Of a DNA stretch of 64,000 bases, positions 55,892 to 64,000 are shown piece by piece (the stretch's first letter is position 1; every line of letters starts with the position of its first letter). This stretch comes from Chitinophagaceae bacterium UBA2791 (GTDB lineage: Bacteria; Bacteroidota; Bacteroidia; Chitinophagales; Chitinophagaceae). The translations under genes and the position numbers were made by a program. The stretch spans positions 5,231 to 69,230 of the forward strand of contig DEHV01000080.1 in NCBI GenBank assembly GCA_002352105.1. Reading direction: 5' to 3'. Below the pieces are notes generated by a model that saw only the letters and a program-made list of their open reading frames with translations, did not search any database and was not told the origin of the DNA.

Positions 55892-56554
55892 ATGAATAAG
55901 GAAACAACAAAAACCAAGATAGCGCTGGCAGACGATCATGTTCTATTAAGAAACGCCCTGGCCGCCCTGATCGGCAATTTCGAAAACTGCAAGATCATTA
56001 TTGAGGCAAGCAATGGCCAGGAACTGGTGAATATGATACGGCAGGGAAATGTTCCCGACATCGTTTTATTAGACCTCAACATGCCCGTACTGGACGGTTA
56101 TGAAACCGCGCAATGGCTTCAGGCAAATCATCCGGCCGTACACGTGCTTATGCTGAGCATGTACGATACGGAGCTTACCATGATCCGGCTATTGCAGGTA
56201 GGGGTGAAGGGATTCCTGAAAAAAGACATCCATCCCACGGAATTAAAATTTGCCATAAATGCAGTAAGGGAACACGGTTACTATTATACCAATAATACCA
56301 CCGGCAAGCTCGTCAACCTGTTTCGCAAAAGCCATGAAAACAGCTCCCTGCTGCGAACAATGCTCAATGAAATGGAAATAAGATTTCTGAGGCTGGCCTG
56401 TACCGAAATGACCTATAAGGAAATAGCCGTGGAAATGCACCTGAACCCAAGGGCGATCGATAACCTGAGGGATAATCTTTTCGGCAAGCTCGACGTAAAG
56501 AGCAGGGTTGGGCTGGTGATGTACTCGATAAAGCACGGGGTTCAAACATTTTAG
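55892..56554 (+). CDS. Response regulator, NarL/LuxR family
   Basis: KIALADDH, DIVLLDLNMPVLDG, HTH EMEIRFLRLACTEMTYKEIAVEMHLNPRAIDNLR. Confidence 0.9.
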   Translation: MNKETTKTKIALADDHVLLRNALAALIGNFENCKIIIEASNGQELVNMIRQGNVPDIVLLDLNMPVLDGYETAQWLQANHPAVHVLMLSMYDTELTMIRLLQVGVKGFLKKDIHPTELKFAINAVREHGYYYTNNTTGKLVNLFRKSHENSSLLRTMLNEMEIRFLRLACTEMTYKEIAVEMHLNPRAIDNLRDNLFGKLDVKSRVGLVMYSIKHGVQTF

Positions 56555-56773
56555 ACAGGCCAGGTTGAAAAGCCCAATAAACCCAAAGCAAGGAATCAGG
56601 GATAAAGCTGGAACGAGGGATCAAGTAGGAACGATTGATGCAAGGCTTGCGCTTTGAATGGAGCCGCCGCTTTTTTACGCTTAATCAAAATCACTTTCTA
56701 TCACAGTTTATTTTACGGATCTCCCGGATGGAAAAGAAGCGCCCGGCAAACAGGTTTTGCCGGCGCGGCAGCC

Positions 56774-57433
56774 TTAATCGATCAGCCTGTTCCGCATCCC
56801 ATACATGATCAACCCGGCGATGGTTTTGGCGCCAACCTTGGTTTTCATGTTCTGGCGAATGGTTTCGACGGTACGGGGGCTTAAAAACACTTCTTTCGAT
56901 ATTTCATCAGTGGTTTTATCCTCCGCAAGCAGCTTGAGTATGCGCACTTCTTTTTCGGAGAATTTAACGGGATTGGGATAAAACTGCCTGACCTGGCGTT
57001 TGGTCTGCAGTTTGGAGAGCACCGCCTTATTCACCAGGTCGTTAAAATAAAAATCATCATTCATACAGCTCAGAATAGCCTGGTAGATCTCTTCGGGATC
57101 GGATGTTTTGGTCAAATAGGCATTCGCTCCCATCTCCATCATTTTCGTGATCATCTCCTGGTCGTCATACATGGTCAGCACGATGATCTTAACGTCGTCA
57201 TACTCCTTTCTCAACAGCCCGATGGCATTTACCCCGTCGACTTCGGGCATCCGGATATCCATTAATAAGACGTCTGGCTTTTTTAATTGCATTTTATGCA
57301 TAAGATCTTTACCGTCCTCGGCCTCCCATAGGATCTTCAGGTACTCTTTTCCTTTCAGGGCCATTTTTATGCCGTCCCTGAAAATCTTATGATCATCTGC
57401 AAGAGAAACTTTAATCATTAATTCAGCGCTCAT
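56774..57433 (-). CDS. Response regulator, NarL/LuxR family
   Basis: KVSLADDH, DVLLMDIRMPEVDG, FSEKEVRILKLLAEDKTTDEISKEVFLSPRTVETIR. It is a close paralogue of 53000-53686. Confidence 0.9.
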   Translation of the reverse strand: MSAELMIKVSLADDHKIFRDGIKMALKGKEYLKILWEAEDGKDLMHKMQLKKPDVLLMDIRMPEVDGVNAIGLLRKEYDDVKIIVLTMYDDQEMITKMMEMGANAYLTKTSDPEEIYQAILSCMNDDFYFNDLVNKAVLSKLQTKRQVRQFYPNPVKFSEKEVRILKLLAEDKTTDEISKEVFLSPRTVETIRQNMKTKVGAKTIAGLIMYGMRNRLID

Positions 57434-57631
57434 AATAATAGCGGGGTTTGACGAAATAATTGATTGATATGCTATCTATTGCATAAGGGTTTTATGATAA
57501 TTACGCCAGCCTGTATAGAAAATCTACCCGGCCGGCCACAGATATTTACGATTCACCGCGTATTTACTGAACGTCAAAAAAAGAGAAAATATTCTCTTCC
57601 AGTATCTTTTGCTTGCCCCTACATTTGTCTG

Positions 57632-57735
57632 GAAGTTGATTGATAGGATCAAATCCCTGAAATGTCCAATTTTACCGTCCAGTAAAATATTCCCAAGATC
57701 CATGAAACCAACCTGCATCCGAATCAATCAACTTC
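57632..57735. repeat. Inverted repeat GAAGTTGATTGAT / ATCAATCAACTTC flanking 78 bp (copy 2 of the conserved intergenic element)
   Basis: The 13-bp arms are perfect, at 57632-57644 and 57723-57735. The interior shares TTCAT.GA and TGGACGG blocks with copy 1. Confidence 0.85.
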
Positions 57736-58168
57736 TTTTTATATTCCGGCAGGATGGCTCCGCCTTTCCATAAGGTTAGCCGACGCGCCAAATCATCCTG
57801 TTTTCAGGAAAATTGAAAACAGATCGAGTTATAGGGAACCGAAACTGCTATAGATACTTCTATCCTTCTCCCGGATAAGGGTAAACACTTATCCACATTA
57901 TATCGCCGGTTGTTCACAATCTCTCAAAAAGCCGATCGCCCCCAACGAAAAAACACTTTTTCAATCACCGTAAAAATACTATTTTAAGATAGTGTTTTTA
58001 CCCTTTTTTTACGGTAAGTTTACCCCGAAAAATCCTTAAAACACCGAACCCGTCTGATTTTCAGGCAAATTACTCCTTTTGCGCAAAGAATCACCTGTTG
58101 GCCAAGTATTTTTTTTAAAGGTCTTTTACCTCATAAACTAACATTTAACACCTCTAAAAACTTACGTT

Positions 58169-58570
58169 ATGGCAAACAATCAAACCCTCGCAAAACAGGT
58201 TTCGGCTATTGGCGAGGAAATTGGCTTTGAGCTGGGAAACCAGATGGTGAAAAATTTTAAGGCTGATAATCAGAACCAGGCCGAATTTTATGTAATCGGC
58301 AGAAATATCCTGGATCAGATACTTGCCCAACCCGGATGCGCTGGCATCAGGTTCTATAACGCCTATAACGAAAACGGCGAACAAACAATGGTTTATGTAG
58401 GCATCAACCAGGAAGGAAAGAACATTCTGGAATACACTTTCGTAACCGTTAACGGCGTTCTTCAGAACAAGGACGGCATCGTGGCCGACAGGATCGATCG
58501 CGGTACTCCTCCCCCCAAACCTCGCGGCGGCGGGATCAGCGCTGACGACTGGAACCTGGATATTGACTAA
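58169..58570 (+). CDS. Hypothetical small soluble protein with Pro/Gly-rich acidic tail
   Basis: ATG-initiated 133-aa ORF. It is the first gene of the second kinase module. No family was recognised. Confidence 0.45.
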   Translation: MANNQTLAKQVSAIGEEIGFELGNQMVKNFKADNQNQAEFYVIGRNILDQILAQPGCAGIRFYNAYNENGEQTMVYVGINQEGKNILEYTFVTVNGVLQNKDGIVADRIDRGTPPPKPRGGGISADDWNLDID

Positions 58571-58633
58571 TAGATTTATTTGAACTTCATTAGGCCTTTT
58601 ATATATTTGAACTAAATTGAGTTCATTATTAAG

Positions 58634-59320
58634 GTGCTACTTCAAAATATCGCATTAGTTTCTCATTTATTACCCTTATTTCTTTTCTTCCTGTTTTTTC
58701 GCAGAAACAACGAGAGAGATATAAGGGTAATTTTATTTTATTGCCTGTACTCCTTTGTCAATGACATCGTTATCACGCATCTCAATACTACAGAGCAGTA
58801 TACATTGACCTTTATTCTGCTGAGCGCCTTCACCCTGATCGAATATGCGCTTTTCTCTTATGTGCTTTACATCAACATAAAAAAAGCCATATTCCGGAAG
58901 CTTATCCTGATCATCTCCCCCTTTTTTATCGTTTTCTCGATTTTCCAGTTTTTAAGATCCGCCGGCAACGGCATCGATTCCATATCCATTACCGTAGAAT
59001 ACATTTTACTGATCATTTACTGCCTGTTCTATTTCTTCGACGAACTAATTGAGCCAAATGCGACCTTCATATACGCCACCTATAAATTTTGGATATTGGT
59101 CGCAATTTTAATATATTCCACTGGCACTTTTTTCCTGTTTTTACAATCCTCCGATCTGACGCCAGAAGAATGGAATAAGTGGTCTATTATAAATCATTTG
59201 TGTACTATTGCAAAAACGGCGTTTTTTAGCGTCGCCGTAATAATGAGAAAAGAGCCCCAGGAAAACCACTTTTTCGATGTCGACGCCGATCATCTATTTG
59301 AAAACCATTATAAACCTTAA
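58634..59320 (+). CDS. Multi-TM membrane protein (paralogue-like of 54453-55112)
   Basis: GTG start and about 6-7 TM helices. It occupies the same position relative to a HisKA_3 kinase gene. Confidence 0.55.
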   Translation: MLLQNIALVSHLLPLFLFFLFFRRNNERDIRVILFYCLYSFVNDIVITHLNTTEQYTLTFILLSAFTLIEYALFSYVLYINIKKAIFRKLILIISPFFIVFSIFQFLRSAGNGIDSISITVEYILLIIYCLFYFFDELIEPNATFIYATYKFWILVAILIYSTGTFFLFLQSSDLTPEEWNKWSIINHLCTIAKTAFFSVAVIMRKEPQENHFFDVDADHLFENHYKP

Positions 59321-59344
59321 TAATATCACCCTTGAACCTTGCTC

Positions 59345-60202
59345 ATGACCTTTCTTCAAGTTAATAGTTCCGGCAATGAGGTTTCTCTTATGTTGTTCTT
59401 CGGAACAATTGGCATGCTGGTCTTGGCTATCGGGATGATCATCTTTATTATATTCCATCAACGAAAAGTAATCCGGTACCAGCTTCGTTTTCAGAAGCTT
59501 GAGTTCCAACAGCAAAAGACCCTTCTGAACGCTTCCATCCGCTTCCAGGAAGAAGAAAGGCAACGTATTGCGGCCGATCTTCACGATGATGCAGGACCGC
59601 TTCTGGCCACCGCCCGGCTATACCTTAACGAGAATCTCGTAAACCTCGATAAAAATGCCCAGTTGCAAAGCATCTATAACGCAAAACAGATCATCGACGA
59701 CACCATACAGCTTATTCGCAATATCTCCCATAGCCTGATGCCGCCGACCCTTAAAAATTTCGGCCTCGAATCGGCGGTAAACGATCTTTTCCAAAAGATC
59801 AGCGGGTCGGGCAGCCTGAACGCCAGCTGCCGCTTCCACGACTACCGTGAAAGACTGATTCCCGACCAGGAGCTGATCATTTTCCGGATCATACAGGAGC
59901 TGATCAACAATATTCTTAAACACAGCAATTCGAGTTTCATTCATCTTACGCAGAATATCAGCGGACCAAAATTGTATATTCGCATGCACCACGATGGACG
60001 CGGTTTAACGCAGGCTGATTTTGAGAAGCTGAACAAAAGCGGGGGAGGCCTGGGTTTAAAGAATATCCAAAGCCGGTTAAAACTACTGCAGGGGCGGATT
60101 TTTTTCGAGAAAGACGCTTCTCAGACCTACTATAAAATAACCATCGAGGCGCCGAGGTCCGAAGAGCAAACATTAAAAGAAGAAAAAGTAATTACTTATT
60201 GA
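59345..60202 (+). CDS. Sensor histidine kinase, HisKA_3 class, single TM
   Basis: The ATG at 59345 gives MTFLQVNSSGNEVSLMLFFGTIGMLVLAIGMIIFIIF. The H-box is RIAADLHDDAGPLL. HATPase_c motifs are QELINNILKHS, HDGRGL and GLKNIQSR. Confidence 0.85.
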   Translation: MTFLQVNSSGNEVSLMLFFGTIGMLVLAIGMIIFIIFHQRKVIRYQLRFQKLEFQQQKTLLNASIRFQEEERQRIAADLHDDAGPLLATARLYLNENLVNLDKNAQLQSIYNAKQIIDDTIQLIRNISHSLMPPTLKNFGLESAVNDLFQKISGSGSLNASCRFHDYRERLIPDQELIIFRIIQELINNILKHSNSSFIHLTQNISGPKLYIRMHHDGRGLTQADFEKLNKSGGGLGLKNIQSRLKLLQGRIFFEKDASQTYYKITIEAPRSEEQTLKEEKVITY

Positions 60203-60283
60203 TTTTAATCATTCATCAAATTAAACCGCGTGATCATTGAGTTGACGATTAATCTGTAAATTTAAAAGCCAATATCATTTTCT

Positions 60284-60940
60284 ATGGGTCCGATCAAAGT
60301 TGCCATCGCAGACGATCATAAGATATTTCGCAAAGGCGTGATCCTTTCGCTGCGACCTTATACAAATATTAAATTTGTGCTGGAAGCTGAAAATGGACAA
60401 GAACTGCTGGACAACCTTCCCACAGTCGCCGAATCGCCGGATGTGATCCTCATGGATCTTCGCATGCCCTTAAAAGACGGCATCGAAACAACGAAGGTGG
60501 TCGCCAAACAATTCCCCCATATCCATATCATTGCGCTGACCATGTATGAAGATGAACGATTCGTAAGCCATATGATGGAAATCGGCGCCAACGGTTACCT
60601 GCTTAAGAGCGCCGATCCCTCAGAAATAAAAAAAGCGATTACGGAAGTAATGTCCAAAGGATATTACCTGAATAATTTCGTGAACCGGATCCTGCTGAAA
60701 AAATCCCACTCCCGTCAGAAAGCGGCCCCCACTATCAACAGCGAAATAACGCTGAGCGACCGGGAGAGAGAGGTGGTCAAATACATTTGCATGGAGTTTA
60801 CCGCATCCGAAATTGCACAGAAACTTGATGTAAGCCCGAGAACGGTGGAGGCGATAAAGGACCGGCTTATGGAGCGTTTCGGCGCAAAGAATACGGCAGG
60901 CCTCGTGTTTTTTGCAGTAAAGAACAACCTGATCGATTAG
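60284..60940 (+). CDS. Response regulator, NarL/LuxR family
   Basis: KVAIADDH, DVILMDLRMPLKDG, LSDREREVVKYICMEFTASEIAQKLDVSPRTVEAIK. Confidence 0.9.
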   Translation: MGPIKVAIADDHKIFRKGVILSLRPYTNIKFVLEAENGQELLDNLPTVAESPDVILMDLRMPLKDGIETTKVVAKQFPHIHIIALTMYEDERFVSHMMEIGANGYLLKSADPSEIKKAITEVMSKGYYLNNFVNRILLKKSHSRQKAAPTINSEITLSDREREVVKYICMEFTASEIAQKLDVSPRTVEAIKDRLMERFGAKNTAGLVFFAVKNNLID

Positions 60941-61013
60941 AGCTGATCCCATTTAATCGATCCTCCCCCGCCCGCCGCTGATCCCCTATGGAAAACCGGT
61001 TTAAAGAACTGTC

Positions 61014-61691
61014 ATGCTTAGAACCGGCAATCAACTGTTGTTTATATTTTCCCTGGTCGCTATCCTGCTGCCGCTGGCGCCCATCGCCATGCTGCTGGTC
61101 AGGGAATCCATTGGCCGCCCCAGGAACATACCGCTTATCATTCTATGCTTTATCGCTTTTATCCGGCAGATCCTGCTAACGGCGATCACGCCAACGCTCG
61201 CCGATAGCCAGTTCATTAACGCGGTTTTTAATATAGCCGAGCTGATCGTTCTTGCCCTGCTGTATCAAACCGTTTTAAGACGTAAACACATTAAGCAGGG
61301 GCTCAGCCTGCTTCTGGCAGTCATCTTGTCTACCATCATTACCATGTACGCGCTGGAAGGGTTGGCGGTCTGGGGCTATTCTATCGAACTGTTCCTTTCA
61401 GCCTTCATGCTGCTGATCAGCCTGGTCGCCATTTATAGCGTGATCGCGGATGAACGGTCGTTTATTCTCCATTCGCCTGTTTTCTGGATTGCCAGCGGAA
61501 CCCTTTGCTACCATTTTATTTTCCTGCTTGGAGAGGGATTAAAGAATTATCAATTACCGTCGGCAAATACAGAAACAGAACGGTTCATCCTGCTTGCGGC
61601 AGTATACATGACGAGATATGTATTTTATATCGTCGCCGCTTATTTCAGCGCAGAGGAAGAAAACAAAGAAGAAATATCAGATATCTATTAG
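61014..61691 (+). CDS. Multi-TM membrane protein (third member of the local membrane-protein set)
   Basis: ATG at 61014 and about 6-7 TM helices, with an acidic C-terminal tail. Confidence 0.55.
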   Translation: MLRTGNQLLFIFSLVAILLPLAPIAMLLVRESIGRPRNIPLIILCFIAFIRQILLTAITPTLADSQFINAVFNIAELIVLALLYQTVLRRKHIKQGLSLLLAVILSTIITMYALEGLAVWGYSIELFLSAFMLLISLVAIYSVIADERSFILHSPVFWIASGTLCYHFIFLLGEGLKNYQLPSANTETERFILLAAVYMTRYVFYIVAAYFSAEEENKEEISDIY

Positions 61692-61812
61692 GCGCCGGAA
61701 GCGGCAGCCCGATCGCTTCTGCTATAATGATTATTGAAACGAAGCGATTAAAGACAGGACGGAAGATCATTGTTCTCCTGCGCATCTCCGGATAAAACGG
61801 AACAGAACCTTG

Positions 61813-62472
61813 TCAAACGGTCATTTCAGGGATCTCTCCCTCCACTTTCAGGCGGCCGGCCGTTTTACCGCGGATCTCTTCAACCGTAACGCCAGGCGCT
61901 CTTTCTATCAACTTAAAACCTCCCTCCGGCAAAACATCGATCACGGCAAGTTCGGTTACCACTCTTTTTACGCATTTCACGCCGGTGAGCGGCAGACTGC
62001 ATTGCGGCAAAAGCTTGGAATCGCCTTTGGGATTCGTGTGCATCATTGCGACAATAATATTCTTGGCGCTGGCTACCAGGTCCATGGCGCCGCCCATGCC
62101 TTTCACCATCTTACCAGGTATCTTCCAGTTGGCAATATCGCCGTTTTCCGAAACCTCCATCGCTCCAAGCACGGTCAGGTCGACCTTTCCGGCCCTGATC
62201 ATTCCAAAGCTTTCCGCGCTGTCAAAAAAAGCGCCTCCCGGAATAACGGTAACCGTTTCTTTGCCCGCGTTGATCAGGTCGGGATCCACTTCCGATTCAA
62301 CGGGATAAGGACCGATGCCCAACAACCCATTTTCTGATTGCAGCATGATGGACAATCCCTCCGGTATATAATTGGCTACCAGGGTGGGAATTCCAATGCC
62401 CAGGTTCACGTACATTCCATCCCTCAGGTCTTTAGCAATGCGCCTGGCAATCCCGAATTTATCAAGTGGCAT
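61813..62472 (-). CDS. 3-oxoacid CoA-transferase subunit B
   Basis: [37 protein letters not shown]...SENGLLG...GGAMDLV. Confidence 0.9.
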   Translation of the reverse strand: MPLDKFGIARRIAKDLRDGMYVNLGIGIPTLVANYIPEGLSIMLQSENGLLGIGPYPVESEVDPDLINAGKETVTVIPGGAFFDSAESFGMIRAGKVDLTVLGAMEVSENGDIANWKIPGKMVKGMGGAMDLVASAKNIIVAMMHTNPKGDSKLLPQCSLPLTGVKCVKRVVTELAVIDVLPEGGFKLIERAPGVTVEEIRGKTAGRLKVEGEIPEMTV

Positions 62473-62544
62473 AATCCTTATTTGATTTAATGAGCAATTA
62501 TCTTATCATCGTTAGTTTGGTTCTATAGCCGCCGTATCCTTCGG

Positions 62545-63240
62545 TTATACTGTTCTTATCGTCTTTTTCTCGATCTTTTTCTCGTAATTTTTGCCTTCGA
62601 AGATCCGGCGCACATAGATGCCCGCGACATGCACATGATCGGGGTCTATCTCCCCCGGCTGCACCAGTTCTTCCACCTCCACGATGGTGATATCCGCGGC
62701 CTTGGCCATAGAAGTGGAAAAATTACGGGTGGTTTTTCTGAATACCAGGTTGCCGTAGGTATCGCCCTTCCAGGCTTTGATCAGCGCAAAATCGGCATGG
62801 AGCGCGCGCTCCATCAGGTGCATCTTTCCATCGAATTCCCTGATCTCCTTGCCTTCCTGGATCTCCGTTCCATATCCCGCCGGCGTATAAAATGCGGGAA
62901 TGCCCATTGCCGCCATCTGGATGCGCGTAGCCAGGGTGCCCTGCGGGTTGAGTTCCACCTCGAGTTCGCCCGATAACAATTGCCTTTCAAACTCAGCGTT
63001 CTCTCCCACATAAGAGCTGATCATCTTTTTTATCTGGCGCGTTTTAAGCAAAAGGCCCAATCCAAAATCGTCTACGCCGGCATTGTTGGAAATGCAGGTA
63101 AGACCGGTAATGCCTTTTTTAACCATTGCCCGGATACAGTTTTCCGGAATACCGCACAGACCAAATCCGCCCAGCATGATCGTAGCGCCATCGCCGATAT
63201 CTTGTATTGCCTCTTCCGCGTTGCTAAAAACTTTCTTCAT
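62545..63240 (-). CDS. 3-oxoacid CoA-transferase subunit A
   Basis: [26 protein letters not shown]...[17 protein letters not shown]. Confidence 0.9.
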   Translation of the reverse strand: MKKVFSNAEEAIQDIGDGATIMLGGFGLCGIPENCIRAMVKKGITGLTCISNNAGVDDFGLGLLLKTRQIKKMISSYVGENAEFERQLLSGELEVELNPQGTLATRIQMAAMGIPAFYTPAGYGTEIQEGKEIREFDGKMHLMERALHADFALIKAWKGDTYGNLVFRKTTRNFSTSMAKAADITIVEVEELVQPGEIDPDHVHVAGIYVRRIFEGKNYEKKIEKKTIRTV

Positions 63241-63357
63241 TATTTCCGGGATTTAATAAGCTAATATCCGATTTTTACGGCATCTTCAATGATTTCAGCG
63301 CGGCTATTCCAACCATCGTCATTTGGTTTTTGCAGGCCATCGACCTTCATCCGCCTG

Positions 63358-63942
63358 TTAGGGTTTGATTCCGTTTCGAGAGCGGGCGCCTAATGTGTCT
63401 GCCTGTTTTCCGGACAGCTTCTTTAGCGTGGAATCGGTCCGGCGTTTTCGAAAGGCTTGCCGGAGCAGGGAGTCTTTTTTTATTGCGAAGGAGTCTTTGA
63501 CCGCTGCGATCGAATCTTCCAGCTGTTCCGGAAGATTTTTTACGTCCATCGAGTCGCGGGCCCTGCTAGCTTTTATTGAATCATTCCTCATTCTTTCCTC
63601 GTAGTATTCATTGCGCCTTCTTTCGCCTAAGGCGGAAACCGAGTCAAAAAGGGCGATGGAAAGATCGGGCCTGCCCATGTAAAAAAGATAGCTTCTCTTA
63701 AATTCCTTTTCGGTTATACGATGAATATCGAACACCTGGCGGTATAAGGTAAAAGTTTCCTGTTTGAGCTGAAGGGAATCCTTGTTGCGGGAAAGAAAAG
63801 AGGAAGCATACCGATCGGCCTGCAGCATATCCAGGAACACCTCTTTCATTTTATCCGGGGGAATAACGCCTGAGGGTATCTTGTTATGGTTCGTGCAGGA
63901 AAACAACGCTAAAACGATCGCGCCGGTCAGCCACTGCTTCAT
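63358..63942 (-). CDS. DUF4296 domain lipoprotein
   Basis: Lipobox LFSCTN, then IPPDKMKEVFLDMLQADRY...FKRSYLFY, which is typical of DUF4296. Confidence 0.6.
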   Translation of the reverse strand: MKQWLTGAIVLALFSCTNHNKIPSGVIPPDKMKEVFLDMLQADRYASSFLSRNKDSLQLKQETFTLYRQVFDIHRITEKEFKRSYLFYMGRPDLSIALFDSVSALGERRRNEYYEERMRNDSIKASRARDSMDVKNLPEQLEDSIAAVKDSFAIKKDSLLRQAFRKRRTDSTLKKLSGKQADTLGARSRNGIKP

Positions 63943-64000
63943 TTCAGTTCCTGTTTATACGTGTTAGCATTGGAGATGTCCAGTCTCTCCATCATCTCCC

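Noticed and set aside
57524-57727. 67-aa minus-strand ORF covering the conserved inverted-repeat element.
   Set aside because: The homologous element at 53964-54075 differs by non-triplet indels, and the second repeat arm falls in a different codon phase. Conservation is therefore not at the protein level.
63964-64000. Possible 3' end of another minus-strand CDS (...GDDGETGHLQC*).
   Set aside because: Only 12 codons are visible, which is too short to support any call.

Overview
This is a chromosomal segment from a Bacteroidota genome, probably Chitinophagaceae-like. That assignment is an inference from gene content: a SusC/SusD pair with an ECF-sigma/FecR switch, a T9SS type B C-terminal domain, DUF1573/DUF4296/DUF5916-type genes and a fused 2-oxoacid dehydrogenase E1. 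All calls rest on reading the supplied ORF translations and recognising motifs from memory; no searches were run. I call about 55 protein-coding genes and saw no rRNA, tRNA or CRISPR array.

Layout:
- 1-9.9 kb: stress and housekeeping genes (SDR, M28 peptidase, CBM9/DUF5916 protein) plus an AT-rich Rpn-type nuclease gene.
- 10.7-15.1 kb: a TonB C-terminal fragment followed by a two-gene operon, described below.
- 15.1-19.8 kb: a GltB-like FMN enzyme, a DUF3817 protein, a NUMOD4/NUMOD1 homing-endonuclease-like gene and a TlpA-like redoxin.
- 19.9-34.8 kb: a minus-strand ECF-sigma/FecR/SusC/SusD locus. Its cargo has no glycoside hydrolase (M19 dipeptidase, PmoA-like protein, Gfo/Idh/MocA, alpha/beta hydrolase). 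An opposite-strand insertion separates the sigma and anti-sigma genes.
- 35-53 kb: a TonB-dependent receptor, a PAS histidine kinase and core metabolism and transport genes.
- 53-61.7 kb: a duplicated module of multi-TM protein, HisKA_3 kinase and LuxR-type regulator, with conserved inverted-repeat elements in its divergent promoter regions.
- 61.8-64 kb: CoA-transferase A/B subunits and a DUF4296 protein.

The main candidate for a new system is the 11410-15104 operon. A TIR-STING protein normally acts as a CBASS effector and is encoded next to a CD-NTase. Here it is paired with an 876-aa protein built of SLOG, two TM helices, TrkA_N-like domains and a RyR domain, and no cyclase is recognisable anywhere in the window.
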